Source: Deltaproteobacteria bacterium CG_4_9_14_3_um_filter_63_12 (lineage in GTDB: Bacteria; Myxococcota_A; Bradymonadia; UBA4248; UM-FILTER-63-12). Taken from it: a DNA stretch of 64,000 bases. This document shows, piece after piece, positions 46,329 through 59,300 of this stretch. A program made the translations under genes and the position numbers. Within the stretch, counting starts at the first letter, position 1. Each line of letters starts with the position of its first letter. The notes under the pieces were generated by a model that worked only from the letters and a program-made list of their open reading frames with translations, ran no database searches and was not told where the DNA came from. The DNA lies in contig PFUG01000212.1 in assembly GCA_002789955.1 (NCBI GenBank), forward strand, positions 357 to 64,356. The letters run 5' to 3'.

Positions 46329-48503
46329 ATGGCAAGCACAACCCCACTGCGGTTCGACATTTACAAAGGGGACCAAATCATCCAGACGGTGACCCTCGAG
46401 CAGACCCCAATCAAGATTGGGAAACTGCCGAGTTCGCACCTGCGGATCGACGATCAGAAAGTCTCTCGAATCCATGCGGTAATTGAGCCGGCGAGGGATG
46501 AGGGTTTCCACATCATCGACCTTGGGAGTTCGAGCGGGACGTTCGTCAACGGTGCGAAGGTCAACAAGCAACGATTGAACTCTGGCGACGAGATTACGTT
46601 GGGTGACACCAAGATCGTCGTGGTGATTGAGTCCGAGTCTGAGGCGGAGTCAGAGGCGACCATGTTGTCTTCTCTGGACGCCTTGGGTGCGGCGGCGGCC
46701 CCCATGGCAGCCGCGCCAATGGCCCATGATTCCAACGAGGTGTTCGCCGGAGGCGGGATTCCTAACATGGGCCCCATGGCTGGCTTGCCTGCTGCCAATC
46801 CGGCGACCAATGCTGGATTCGCGATGCCAAGTGCGCCGCCGGCGTTTGGAGGAGCCCCCTCGGTTTTTGGACTTCCACAGCAAGGCTTCGGGCAGTCGGC
46901 CATGAATCCGCTCGCCGCAGGGGGATTCGGAGTCGCACAGGGACAGCTCAGTGCTTCCCCATTTGGGCTCCCGCAGCCGGCGCCCGCGCCAGCACCCGTC
47001 GTGATGGCGCCCGCTCCTCAACCGGTTCGTCAGCAAGCCAAACCCAAAGATAATTTTGAACGGCGCTTCCTTTCCGAGTCCTACAAGGGCGGAGCGGGTG
47101 CCCTCGAAGTGGCGTTGCTCTGGCGTGGGAACCTCTTCCACATCGACCAGTACAAGAAGGCCGCGAACATCACCATCGGCTCCAGTGCTGACGCAACCTA
47201 CGCGGTGGAAGCCGCTGCGGTTGGCCCGATTCGGCCCTTCGCTCTGCATGCAGGCGGCGAGTGGACCCTCTATTTTACCGACGAAATGGATGGCTTCATC
47301 CTCGTCGATCCGAAAAAGACCGGCGGCAAGGAGAAGCTCTCACTGAAAGAGGCTGCAGCCATCGGCTTGGCACAAAGGTCTCCCGATGGCTGGGCACTCC
47401 CGCTCAGCGGCTCGACTCGGGCGAAGATCAGTGTGGGGGACGTCGTGTTCCTCATCCACTACATCTCGCTGCCAGTCTTGAGCATGCCGCTCATCGCTCT
47501 GGGCGGCGCGGCTGGGGCGAGCCTAATCGTCTCACTCGTAACCTTCGGCGTCTCGTTCCTTCTGCACAGCGGATTCTGGGTGCTGGTCTCCTTCACGACG
47601 GATCGCGTCGATGCGCTGACTATCGACCAGCTGATGAGTGACTCTGCGTTCGCGGAGGCCCTCATCACCCCGGAGCAGGAAGAGGAAGAGGAGCCAGAGG
47701 AGGAGGAAGACAAGGAAGAAGAGGACGCACCTGAAGAAGACGAGGGCGCGCGCGCCGCTGAAGAAGAAGGCGACGTCGGCAAGCCAGACGAGACCGCACT
47801 GGAAGGGAAATTCGCCATCGAGGGCAACGACGACAACATGGCGTTGCGCAAGGCCTACAACACGCAAGTCGCGATGGGAACCGGCGTTCTGAGCGCGAGC
47901 GAAGAGATGGAGTCCCTTCTCGGCGGCGGTTTGGAAGCTGCAGGTTACGATGCCGTCAGCGCATGGGGTGAGTTCGATTCCACCGCAGCAGCCGGAAACA
48001 CTGCCGGTAACTACGGTCTCGGTATGAGTGGAGCGGGGCGTGGTGGTGGTGGCTCGAACGTCGGTGGCTTTGGCGTCGGTCGATTCGGCACCGCAGGACG
48101 AGGTGGTGGCGGCAGTGGTGGTCGGAACTATGGCAGCGCGGCAGCCTCTCTCGGTGACAAAGCTGTCGGAGCGCCGAAACTCAAGCCAGGACGCCCTGAT
48201 GTCTCAGGCTCGCTCGACAAGCGAATCATTCGAAAGGTTGTCAACCAACACAAACGAGAGATCAAGGCCTGTTACGAGAAAGAGCTCGCGAAGAAGAAAG
48301 GTCTGTTCGGAAAGGTGGTCGTCAAGTGGACCATTGATCAGTCAGGGAACGTCCCGTCAGCGGTTGTGGTCTCGACGACCATGAACAACAAAGAAGTCGA
48401 GAAGTGTCTCTCTAGCGCTATCTCCTACTGGCGATTCCCTGCACCGAGGGGAGGAGGGTTGGTCATCGTCTCCTATCCGTTCGTCTTCGAGGTCGGGAAC
48501 TAG
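46329..48503 (+). CDS. FHA-domain protein with low-complexity linker, TM helix, polyacidic stretch, Gly-rich region and C-terminal TonB_C-like domain (AgmV/GltG-like)
   Basis: FHA motif GSSSGTFVNG..L..GD preceded by IGKLPSSHLRIDDQKVSRIHAVIE. TM helix LIALGGAAGASLIVSLVTFGVSFLL. EQEEEEEPEEEEDKEEEDAPEEDE. The C-terminal VVKWTIDQSGNV..ISYWRFPAP has a TonB-C/TolA-like fold pattern. Confidence 0.85.
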   Translation: MASTTPLRFDIYKGDQIIQTVTLEQTPIKIGKLPSSHLRIDDQKVSRIHAVIEPARDEGFHIIDLGSSSGTFVNGAKVNKQRLNSGDEITLGDTKIVVVIESESEAESEATMLSSLDALGAAAAPMAAAPMAHDSNEVFAGGGIPNMGPMAGLPAANPATNAGFAMPSAPPAFGGAPSVFGLPQQGFGQSAMNPLAAGGFGVAQGQLSASPFGLPQPAPAPAPVVMAPAPQPVRQQAKPKDNFERRFLSESYKGGAGALEVALLWRGNLFHIDQYKKAANITIGSSADATYAVEAAAVGPIRPFALHAGGEWTLYFTDEMDGFILVDPKKTGGKEKLSLKEAAAIGLAQRSPDGWALPLSGSTRAKISVGDVVFLIHYISLPVLSMPLIALGGAAGASLIVSLVTFGVSFLLHSGFWVLVSFTTDRVDALTIDQLMSDSAFAEALITPEQEEEEEPEEEEDKEEEDAPEEDEGARAAEEEGDVGKPDETALEGKFAIEGNDDNMALRKAYNTQVAMGTGVLSASEEMESLLGGGLEAAGYDAVSAWGEFDSTAAAGNTAGNYGLGMSGAGRGGGGSNVGGFGVGRFGTAGRGGGGSGGRNYGSAAASLGDKAVGAPKLKPGRPDVSGSLDKRIIRKVVNQHKREIKACYEKELAKKKGLFGKVVVKWTIDQSGNVPSAVVVSTTMNNKEVEKCLSSAISYWRFPAPRGGGLVIVSYPFVFEVGN

Positions 48504-48557
48504 GCTAGAGTCCCCCTTCGTCTTCGAGGTGACGACGCACTGAGAGCGAGCGGTGAC

Positions 48558-48600
48558 GCCGGGAATCGACATTGGGCGATTCCCGGCCCTGTCGTTTGCT
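48558..48600 (+). terminator. Intrinsic terminator-like hairpin (11-bp stem GCCGGGAATCG/CGATTCCCGGC) with T-rich tail
   Basis: Read directly from the sequence, 55 bp after the FHA/TonB gene stop. Confidence 0.5.
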
Positions 48601-48779
48601 GTGTCAGTTCAGCAAGTCACTGCAAGTCACTGACACGATGTTGACAAATTGACTCGGCTTGTGGGAGCTTCGCACCCTTCTCAGGCAAGGTGGGCGGTCT
48701 GAAGTTTGTCGCCCTGGCAAGGACCCAGACCACGCCCACATCTGTTTGTCGTTCCTGTCGGAGCCTCTAGGAGATCCTC

Positions 48780-49841
48780 ATGCGAGCCATTTCTGTGTCG
48801 TTGATCGCATCGATCCTCATCGCGTTCACAGCGGTTTTCAGCGCGTGTGACACATCCTACGTGGATTCGACGGACCACATGAACGAAGGGATCAAGCTCT
48901 ATTCGGCTGGACAGATTTCCAAAGCGCTTGACGAGCTCAAGAAAGCGATCGAGATCTACCCCGAAAACCACAAAGCGCACTACCAGATGGGCATGATCTA
49001 CAACAGCCCACGTGTCAGCGATTTCGTGAAAGCGGCGGAGGCTTTCAAACGCGCGACCGAGATCAGCAAGGATAACGGCGAATATTGGTACTATCTCGGG
49101 GCGGCGAATCACAACGAAGGCAACAAGCTGGTCGCGGATAAACGAGGCAGCGACGCCGTGAAGTTCTTCGAGGCTGGCCGAGACGCGTTTATCCAAGCGG
49201 TCTCTGCCGATGAGTACTACGCGGAGGCCTATTATCGGTTGGCTCAGATCTACCGGGAGTTGGGGGACATTTCCAAGGCCATTGACGCCTATTCGAACTC
49301 GATCAATTCGGATCCGACGCTGACGAACGAGCAGGGCACCGCCATTGGTTACCTCGAGCTCGGGATGCTGTATCTGGAGTACTCGTTCTTGGACGAGGCG
49401 CTCCAGGTCCTGCGCAACGGTGTCGCCAACAACCCTGACGACGTTCAGCTGCAGGCGCAACTGGGCAACGTGTACCTCGCACAAGATCGATTCGAAGAGG
49501 CCAATCATCACTTCGAGAAGTCGTATGAGACCCAGCAGCGATTGGGGGGGCCGAACGAGCACATTCTCCCGGCCCTATACGGCCTTGGGCTCTCCTATGC
49601 GTCTCTTGGGGACGCAGCGATGCTCAAGTCGGACATCGGTGGTGCGATGAAGCAGTACGAAGAGTCGAGCAAATGGTTCGACACGTTCATCGCCAACGCT
49701 TCGGGCGACTCCCTTCAGGCCCAGCGGATCGCGGCAACCGGCAAGGTGACCGAGGTCAAAGAGATGATGAAGGAGCTCAAGGAAGGCAAGCTTCCGCAGT
49801 TCATCATCGATCGCCAGAAGATGGAATCGGCGCCCAAGTAG
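48780..49841 (+). CDS. TPR-repeat lipoprotein (353 aa)
   Basis: Lipobox AVFSAC. TPR repeats (AHYQMGMIY, EYWYYLGAA, AYYRLAQIY). AGGAGA RBS. Confidence 0.8.
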   Translation: MRAISVSLIASILIAFTAVFSACDTSYVDSTDHMNEGIKLYSAGQISKALDELKKAIEIYPENHKAHYQMGMIYNSPRVSDFVKAAEAFKRATEISKDNGEYWYYLGAANHNEGNKLVADKRGSDAVKFFEAGRDAFIQAVSADEYYAEAYYRLAQIYRELGDISKAIDAYSNSINSDPTLTNEQGTAIGYLELGMLYLEYSFLDEALQVLRNGVANNPDDVQLQAQLGNVYLAQDRFEEANHHFEKSYETQQRLGGPNEHILPALYGLGLSYASLGDAAMLKSDIGGAMKQYEESSKWFDTFIANASGDSLQAQRIAATGKVTEVKEMMKELKEGKLPQFIIDRQKMESAPK

Positions 49842-50318
49842 CTGCTTTGGTCTACATTTCGGCCGACTTGCAGTTTGCGGCAATGCACACCCAACGCGGT
49901 TGTGGCAGTGCTTTGCACCGTGATATAAGCGCAGTGTTCGAGCCGAAGTCCGCCTCAGTGGTGGCGTAGAACCGACGGGAGATGGGCTGATCGCCTGTGT
50001 TCCCCCGGTTTGTGTGTGATGCGCGGTGGTTCCCCCTCTTGTGCCCATCGCAGGTGCTTGGAAGGCACGAGCGGTGTTCTTTGTCCGGCCACGGACGCAG
50101 GTCGAGCTTTTGCGACCGTCGGCATGGGAGGCGTTCTGTTGGTCATCCGTTGTGAGCAAGTTTAGTCTAGTGGCTCGCCGCGGAGTGCAAAGAGTTTTTT
50201 CCTAGCCGTCGTCAGTGTTGTTCACCGTTTCGGTGAGTCGAAGCTGTGAACAACCGAGAACATCCCGATGGGCCAACCCGAGAGGTTGCCCGCAATCATA
50301 GTCTTCTAGAGGCATGGC

Positions 50319-53300
50319 ATGAGCGACCACCACGAGACGGATTCGACCCCCACCCCTGACGCCGAGAACCCCGAGGAGAGCGCCCTCGTTGGGGCCGTCT
50401 TGGACGCAGAGGACGCGGCCGAGGCGCTCGATGAGCACGCCGGAGATGAGTTGGAGGGATCTGGCGAGGCTGCGGCGTCCGAAGAGGCCTCACCGGCTGA
50501 TGGTGAGGCCCCGGATGCTGATGGCGACATCGACGTCGACGAGCAAGAGCCGAGCGAAGACGCGGCCGATGAAGCTGAGCCTTCTGACGAGGTTGTGGAG
50601 GTCTCGTGGGAAGACAAGGCGGAGGCCCTGATTGCAGGCGCTGCCGCTGCTTCCTCTCCCGAAGAGAGTTTGTCGAAGTACGTTGCGGCGATCTTGCTCG
50701 CCGATCAGAACGCTCCTGGGGACGGACGAATCGCAGAGACTTGGGGCGATGCGCTGCAAAGAATCCCTGGGTTGGCGCGCGAGTTGTGGGCGCGGCTCAG
50801 CGGCAGAGTGACGTCCGAAGTGGATGTTTGGGAGCAGATTTCCATCGCCCACCAGGTCAACTCGACGGACGCCGATGGAGACGAGGCGCTCGCCATTTCA
50901 GAGGCTTGGGGTTGGGTTCAGGTGCTTCGCTCTGGAGAGGTCGAGGCAGGGAAGGCTCGTTTGCAGGCTTTCGCCGAAGGCGACGCCAACGGCTATTCCG
51001 CAGCGATTCTCGAGGCCGTGATTTCGGCTGAGAGTGGCAACTGGAGGAAGGTCGAAAGTGAGATCAAGGATCGGCTGGCCGCGACCGGTCTCGACGGAGA
51101 GCCGCTGGCCGCCGAGGTTGCGTTACGACTTGCTGATGTGAGCATGGGGCAAGCGGCTAGGGACCGTGCGGTCGAGGTCCTTCGACGCGCACAGCGCAGC
51201 GATCCCGAGCACAGCAGCCTTCGCAACCGGCTGACGGTGCTCTATCGAGACACCGCAAAGTGGAACGCCTACGTCGATCTCCTGAAAGAGGCAGTGGCGC
51301 GCACCCCTGATCCCGAAGAGCAGGTCAGCATCTACTTCGAGATGATCCGCATCTACACGGATCAGATGCACCTCGAAGCGATGGCGGTGAAAGCCTATGA
51401 GTCACTGTTGCTGATCGAGCCGACGAACGAGAGGGCGATCGGTGCGCTCGCCGCGGCTTATGAGTCCTCGCGTCGTTGGCCGGACTTGGTCTCATTGCTG
51501 CGTGGGCAAGCGGACGCGGCCAAATCTGCTGCGCGCCGTGTGGCGCTGAACTACCGCATCGCCGTGGTGTACTTGGACAACCTCTCCCGTCAAGTCGACG
51601 CCATCAAAGCGTTCGAAATGGTCTTGGAGGACTCGCCCTACCACGAAGAGACGATCGCACACCTCAAAGACCTCTACGGTCGGCGAAGGGAGTGGGAGAA
51701 GCTCATTGATGTTCACAAGGCGGAGATCAGCCGCCTCGCCGATCCATTTGAGCAAGCCGAGCGGCTGAAGGAGGTCGCGGAGATTGCAGACAAGCTGCGG
51801 CAGCCATCTATCACCGCGTTGATTTGGAGCGAAGTGCTCGAGCGTTCTCCGAAGGACGAGGCAGCTCTTTCGGCCCTCGAAGGGCTTTACGAGAGAGAGA
51901 AAGATTGGCCGAAGCTGGCGGACATCTGCGAGCGAAAGGCCACCCTCGAGGAGGATCCGGCGGAACAGCTCAAACTCTGGACGAAGCTCGGCGGGCTGTA
52001 TGGAAGCAGCATCCGTGACTCGGAGGGAGCGATCCGGGCTTGGCGCGCTGTTTTGATGTTGGAGCCTGGTCACACCAAGGCCTCCGATTCTTTGCGCAAG
52101 CTCCTCATCGACACGAAGAAGTGGGACGATCTCGAGACGTTCTACGCTGAGCAGGATGCCGGGGCCGAGCTGGTCCGCGTCCTGGAAACCCTCGCCAACA
52201 CCTCGAAAGAGGACGCCGATGTCGTCGAGCTGCGCTTCAGAGCCGCTCGCGTCTGGCGGGATGATCTGGGGAACCCCGATCGCGCCGTGGCTTCGCTCGA
52301 GAAGGTCTTCGAGACCGACGCTGCGAATGCACGAGCCGCAGCCGAGTTGGCCCCCCATTACGAGTCGATCGCCGATCACGCCAAGTTGGTCGCGATGTTG
52401 GAGATCCAGCACGCGGCGGAAGATGGCCTGGAACGCCGCGTCGAGCTGGCTCTCAAGATCGCGACGCTGAACGAGAAGTCCCTCAACGATTTGGCGGCAA
52501 GCTACCGTTGGCTCGCGTCCGTCATCGAGCAGAAGCCTGACCACGACGCCGCCTACGACGCCTTCGAGCGCGTCGGCATCCAGCTCGACAAGGCCGCTGA
52601 CGTCGTCAAACGCTACCGCGATGCGAGCAGCAAGGTCGAGACCGAAGTCGAGCGGCAGGAGTTGACGTTCAGGATGGGCATCATTTTGGCCAACCAGCTC
52701 GGCAAAGTCGACGCAGCCCTCGCTATGTTCGAGTCCATTCTCGAGCAGGAACCCGACAACCTCAAAGCTCTCGGCGCGCTGGAGCGGATCCTCGAACAGA
52801 CAGGGCGCTTCGACGAGCTGATCCAGGTCAACGAGCGTCGGCTAGGATTGGCGACCACGCCTGCGGAAGAGGCCGAGATCCTGCTCTCAGGGGCGCGGAT
52901 TCACGAGCAGCAGAGAGGGGACAAGGTCACCGCGATCGAATCGTACGAACGCGTGCGGGAGTTGGCCCCGAAGAATCAAGCGGCCTTGATCGAGTTGCAT
53001 CGCCTGTACAAGGAGCGAGGCGACTGGGAGGCGATGGCCAACGCCATCCGTGCGCGCCTCGCGTTGATGGCCGAGGCGGCCCCTCGGCCAACAAAGAGGG
53101 TGGAGCACCGCAGCCCCGTCCAGTTGGACGAGGACGGTCATCTCGACGCACCAGCTGGAGCCGACCTCGACGAAGACGCCGACGGGAACGTCTTTGTTGT
53201 TCGCGTCGAGGAGGTCATCGACGAGACGGCAGAGCCACAGCTCGAGGCGAGCGTGGCCATTCCGCTGTGGATGGAGTTGGGCAGCGTGGTCCAACACGAG

Positions 53301-56300
53301 CTCGCCGAGTACGACGAGGCCATCGGCTGCTATCGCCGGATCATGGAAACGGACATTGAGAACGAGGCAGCGCAAGAAGCCTTGGAGACCCTTCTCGGCG
53401 AAGGGATCGAGGCTGGGCGAGTCGCTACGATTCTCGAGCCCGTCTACGCGTTCCAAGCGGACTTCGACGCGCTGGTCAAGGTGCTCTCGATCCAGTTGGA
53501 GCATAACACCGTCAAGGACCAGCAGATCGTCTTGTGGACCCGAGTCGCGGGCTTGCAGCGCGATGAACTCGGCGATCAAGAATCGGCCTTCGAAGCGTAT
53601 GGGAAGGCTCTCGAGCTCTTACCCGCCGACGACGAGGTCTTCGGCCAGCTTTCGAGCGTCGCTGCGGGCTTGGACGACATTCCGCGACTGGCAGCGAAGT
53701 TGGAGAGCATCACAGAGTCTATCGAGGACGAGCGGCTCCGCACGTCGTATGAGTTGCGGCTCGCTGGGATCTACGAGACCAGCCTCGACGACATCGAACG
53801 CTCGAGGGACTTTGCCCGCTCCGCTCTGCAGCGTGGTGGGAAGGACCCGGCGGTTCTGGAGTCCCTCGAAGCTCTACACACACGCACCGAGTCTTGGGAC
53901 GATTTGCTCGCGGTTTTGTCGAAGCAGAAGGGCCGAGTGGCAGAGGAGCCTGAACGGGTGCTCGCCCTCAACCTTCGGATTGCCTCGGTCAAAGAGGAGC
54001 TGCTTCAGGATCCGGAAGGCGCCATCGAGGTGTACCTCGAGGTCCTGAACGCCGATGGCGCCAACGAGCAGGCGCTGGCAGCCCTCGACCGGCTCTACGC
54101 CGACCTCGAGCGCTGGGACGAGGCCGCTTCGAACTTGGGCCGAAGACTCGAGCTCCAAGAAACCGAAGCGGGGCGCGACGCGGTGCATTGCCAACTCGCG
54201 AAGGTCCTGGATCGCCACCTCGGTGAGTCGGAGCGAGCGATTGAGATCTACACCGAGGTCTTGGGACGCGACTCACAGAACGCGACGGCGATCTTGGATC
54301 TCGAGGCGATGCTCGAGACGGCAGATCCCATCCCCGCCGAGTCGATCATGGAGCTGCTGCTGCCGCTCTACGACGCGGCTGGAGACTGGAGGAAGCGCGC
54401 CTGGGTCAATGAGAAGATGCTGCGGGTCGTCGACGATACACAGCGCCGGGTCGCGCTGTTGGCGGAGATCGCCAACCTGCACGAGAGCCAAGGGCAGGAG
54501 TACGAAGAGGCCTTTATCGCCTACTCTCGTGCGCACACGGAAGACCCGACCGACGAGAACACTCTCGAGCAGCTCCGCCGTTATGCGGAGGCGTTGGACG
54601 TCTGGCGCGAGTTGGTGGAGGTGATGCAGACCGCAGCAGAAACCATCGCCGATGGCACTCAGGCTAAAGAAGCGCAGATTCGCATCGCTTCGATCTACCG
54701 CGACAATCTCGCCGATCTTGAAGGCGCGACGACAGCTTACGAGCGTGCCAGCGAGTACGACCCAGAGGACACCAGCATTCTCGATTCGCTCGAGACGATC
54801 TACCGAGAGCGTTCCGCCTGGGAACCCCTCACCGCGGTTCTCGCCAAGAAGGCAGTGCGCTGCGAAGATCTCACGGAGAAGAAGGAGTACCTCTTCCAGG
54901 CTGCCATTCTCTGTGAAGAGATGCTCGAGCGGATGGACCGTGCCACCGAGATGTACCAAGAGGTCTTGAGCCTCGATTCCGAGGATCGGACCGCCATCGA
55001 CAGCCTCGAGCGACTCTATCTGAGCACCGAGCGCTGGAACGACTTGATGTCGATCTACAACATCAAGATCGAAGCGGCGCAGACGCCCGAGCAACAGCTC
55101 GAGCTCTACTACATCGTTGGGGCCTTGCAGGAGCGCGAGCTCGACGACAACTACGGTGCCATCGAGACCTACCGCAAGGTTTTGGACATCAACTCTGACG
55201 ACCCCCACGGTCTCGAGGCGCTTGACCGGCTGTATACGCTGGTCGAGGACTGGATGAATCTCCTCGAGATCCTGGAGCGAGAAGAGGCGACGGCCAGCGA
55301 TCCAGATGCCAAGCTCGAGCTGCGCTTCCGCCAAGGCGACGTGTGGAGACTCAATCTCAACGAGTCGCTGCGCGCGATCGAGGTGTACCGCAGTGTTCTC
55401 GAGGTGCACTCGGCGCATGAGGCGAGCATCGCCGCTCTCGAAGCGGTCATCGCCAGCGGAGAGAACGGGGTCGATGCCGCGAAGGTGCTCGAGCCAGTCT
55501 ACAAATCGGCGGCTGAGTGGGAGAAGTTGGTCGCGGTCTATGAGGTGATGTTCGAGCAGTCCGAGGACGAGCAAGGCCGAATCGAGCTGTTGAGCACGAT
55601 CGCCATGATTCGTGAGGACATGCAGGGCGATGCTGCGGCTGCATTCGACGTCTGGATTCGGGCGCTCCACCAAGATCCTCGAGACGCGACGGCTTGGGAG
55701 ACCTTGCAGCGCATCGCCGCTGTGATGGACCTCTGGGACACTCTCGTTTCGAAGGGAGGAGAGATCCTCGCCAAGACCGAGGAGAGCGATGCGGCAAGCA
55801 TCGTCGCCAGTCACTTGGCCCGTATCTACGAGGAGAATATTGGCTCGCCGACCGACGCCATCTCGATGTGGGGCCGTGTACTCGAGGTCGAGCCCGCGGA
55901 GCCCACGGCGATCGCCGCTCTCGATGGTCTCTACGAAAGGCAAGCCATGTGGCCCCAGCTGGCCGAGACACTGTCCCGAGAGATCGAGCTGGCCACCCGC
56001 GAGGAGGACATTCTCAGATTCCGTCTGCGCCTGGGGACCCTTTACGAGAACTTCTTGGAGGACCTGAGCGAAGCGATCAGTTGCTACAACGAGATGCTGA
56101 TGCTGCAGGCCGGAAACGCGGATGCCGTCGCCTCTTTGGAGCGCATGTTCGCAGCCGGTCAAGAACAGCTCGCCGTTGGTGGGATCTTGGAGCCGTTCTA
56201 CCGAGACACCGAGCAATGGGACAACTTGGTCGGGATCGCGTTGGCCCTATTGGAGCATTTTGAGACCGCCACGGAGCGCTATCAGAAGCTCCTGGACATC

Positions 56301-59300
56301 GCTGAGATCTACCTCGGACCGCTATCGAACGCAGCCAATGCCCTCTTCGTCTATGGTCGTGCTCTCGTCGAACGCCCAGGGGACGAATTCGCTCTCACTC
56401 GCTTGAGCGAATTGGCGGAAATCACACAGTCTTGGGAGGAGGCAGTGGACTTCCTCGCCGCCGCTTTGGACGCGTCCGAAGAGCCGACGGTCCAAAGGGA
56501 ACTGTTGTGGCGCATGGCGACAGCCTACAACGACGAGATCGGCAACTTCGAGCAAGCAGAGCACGCCTATTTGCGAGTCTTCGAGGTCGACCCCGAAGCG
56601 CTCGACGCCATGCAGGCCCTCGATAAGCTCTACCTCGAGCAGTCCCGGTGGGACGATCTGGTCAACGTCTTGCGTCACGAGATCGCCCTTTCTCAAGGCG
56701 ATCACGAGAAGATCGAGCTCTACCTGCGGTTGGGTCAGATCTATGAGGACATGATCCAGAACTCAGCCGCTGCGGTGCAATCTTTCCGCCTGGCCCTCGA
56801 GCTCGAGCCCTCACAATCGGAGGCGCTCGCTGCCCTCGAACGAATCCACATGCAAAGTGAGGAGTGGGAGCTCCTCTACGCCGTCTACAGTCAGCAATCG
56901 ACCATCGCCGACAGCGAAGAGGTGCGTTCGGAGATCTGGGCCAAGATGGCCAACCTCGCCGCCGAGGTCCTCGACCGCCGCAACGACGCCATCGAGCTCT
57001 GGTTCCAAGTGCTCGACGCCCGAGGGGCAGATCTCAACGCCCTCCAGAACCTCGAGCGGCTCTTCGAGTACGATAAGCGCTGGCCTGACATGACCGACGT
57101 CATCGAGCGCCAGGTGCCATTGGTTCAGACTGCCGAAGCGCAGCTGGAGCTCTTCCGCAAGCTCGGCAGAATTTGGAGCGGGCCTCTCGAGAACGAGGAG
57201 AGAGCCCTCGAGTATTGGCGTCGCGCCATGGACGTCCACCAAGAGGACCTCGAGACCCTCTGCGCCATCAAGCAGATCGATGAGAACCTCGGCGACTATG
57301 AAGACCTGGTGGACATCATTCGCCGCATCGTCGCGCTCGGCGTTTTGGAGCACGAGGTTCAGCTCGCCCATTACGTGCAGCTCGGCGAGATCTTGAGCCA
57401 GGTCCTCATTCGCTCGCAGGAGGCGATCGACACTTGGATTCAGGTCCTCCAGCTCAATCCCGCCCACCTCCAGGCGCTGGTCGCGTTGGAGCAACTCTAT
57501 GTCGACGAAGCTCGATGGGAGGAGGCTGTCGACGTCCTCGACCGCAAGGCGGACGTCGTCGAAGACTCGAACGAGGCGCTCAACATTCGCATGCAGATCG
57601 CCGAAATCTGGGAGAACCAGGTTGGCAATGCCGAGCTCGCAGCGGCGGCCTACGACAACGTCCTGGATATGGATCCAGCCAACAACGACGCGTTCCTCCG
57701 CCTCGAGACTTTGCACACCAACGGTGAGAACTGGCAACAGCTGCTTGGCCTCTACGTCACACGCGCCGAGGTGATCGAGGAGCCGAAGACCCGCCTCGAG
57801 GTGCTGCGGCGGGCCGCCAGCATCGCCGAAGAGCGCCTCGACCAACCCGAGATGGCCTTTGTCGTGCTGCAGACGGCGCTGGCCGATCACTGGCGCGATT
57901 CGACCATCGCCAATGAGCTCGAGCGGCTCGCTGACGTGACGCGAAACTGGCGAGAGCTGGTCGGGATCTACGAGCAGATCATCGAGACGGTGAAGGACCC
58001 TTCCGAAGCCCTCGAGCTCCACAACAACGTCGCCCGTTGGTACTTCCACAAGCTCAACGACAACGAGAAGTCCTGGCAACACTTCCAGTTCGTGCTCTCG
58101 CTCGACCCCAACAACCTCAACGCGCTTGCGGCTCTCTCGAAGATCTACGAGCGGCTGGGCAGCTGGCAAGAGCTGGTCAACGTCCTGGTTCGTCGCGCCG
58201 AGTTGACCCAAGAGGTCGAAGACAAGATCGAGCTCTACACGCAGATCGCCGTCGTCTGGGAGGACAACCTCTCAAACGAAGCGCAAGCCATCGAGGCGTT
58301 CCGACAGGTTCTCGCGCTCGATGAAGGCAACCTCAACGCCTTGCGTCAGCTCGAGCGCATCTTCCAAGGAACTCAACAGTGGGAGGAGCTCGTCGACGTG
58401 CTGGAGACACTCTGCCAGGTCGTCTACGAACCTGCGGACGTCGTCAAGATGCGCTATCGCGTCGGCGAGATCTGGGAGACCTGCCTCGAGGTCGACCAGA
58501 AGGCGATCGATTCTTACCGGCAAGTCCTCACCATCGAGGAGACCCATGCGCCCGCTCTCGATGCGCTGGAGCGACTCTTCACGCGACTCCAGCAGTGGGC
58601 GGACCTCATCGGTGTCTACGAGGCGCAGCTGACCTCTGCGGAGTCTGGCGACGAGCAGATCGCGCTCTACCTCAAGATGGCAACCGTCTATGAGGAAGAG
58701 TTCGGTGACGTCGAGAACTCGATCGCCTGCATGCAGCGCATCACGATGGTCGATCCGGCGAACTTAATGGCCATCCAGACCCTCGAGCGTCTCTATCGCG
58801 ACAACGGACGCTGGCCGGACCTGATCGACGCACTCACGACCCACATTAGCATCGTCTACGACCGAAAGGAGCAGATCGAGCTGTACCGACAGCTGGGTGA
58901 GGTCTTCCGAGACCATCTCCAAGATGTCTACCGGGCCATCGAGAGCTTCCGGAATATCCTCGAAATCGACCCCAATCATTCGCTCGCCTTGGGGGCGTTG
59001 GCCGACCTCTACTACAACAGCGCCGACTGGCAGACCTGCATCGAGACCCTCAACCGCCTCGTCGCGGTCACCTTCGAAGTCGCTGACGGCGTCGAGCTCC
59101 AATATCGGATCGGTAAGATCTTCGAGGAGCATCTGGCGGAGTACGACCAGGCAGAAGAGCGCTTCCAGATCGCCCTCGATCTCGACGGCTCGTTCATGCC
59201 CGCCATCGATGCCCTGCAGCAACTCTACGAACGCCGCGAGGACTTCATCGGCGTGATCCGGATCCTGAAGCAGAAGGTCGAGCACACGGTCGACCTCGAG

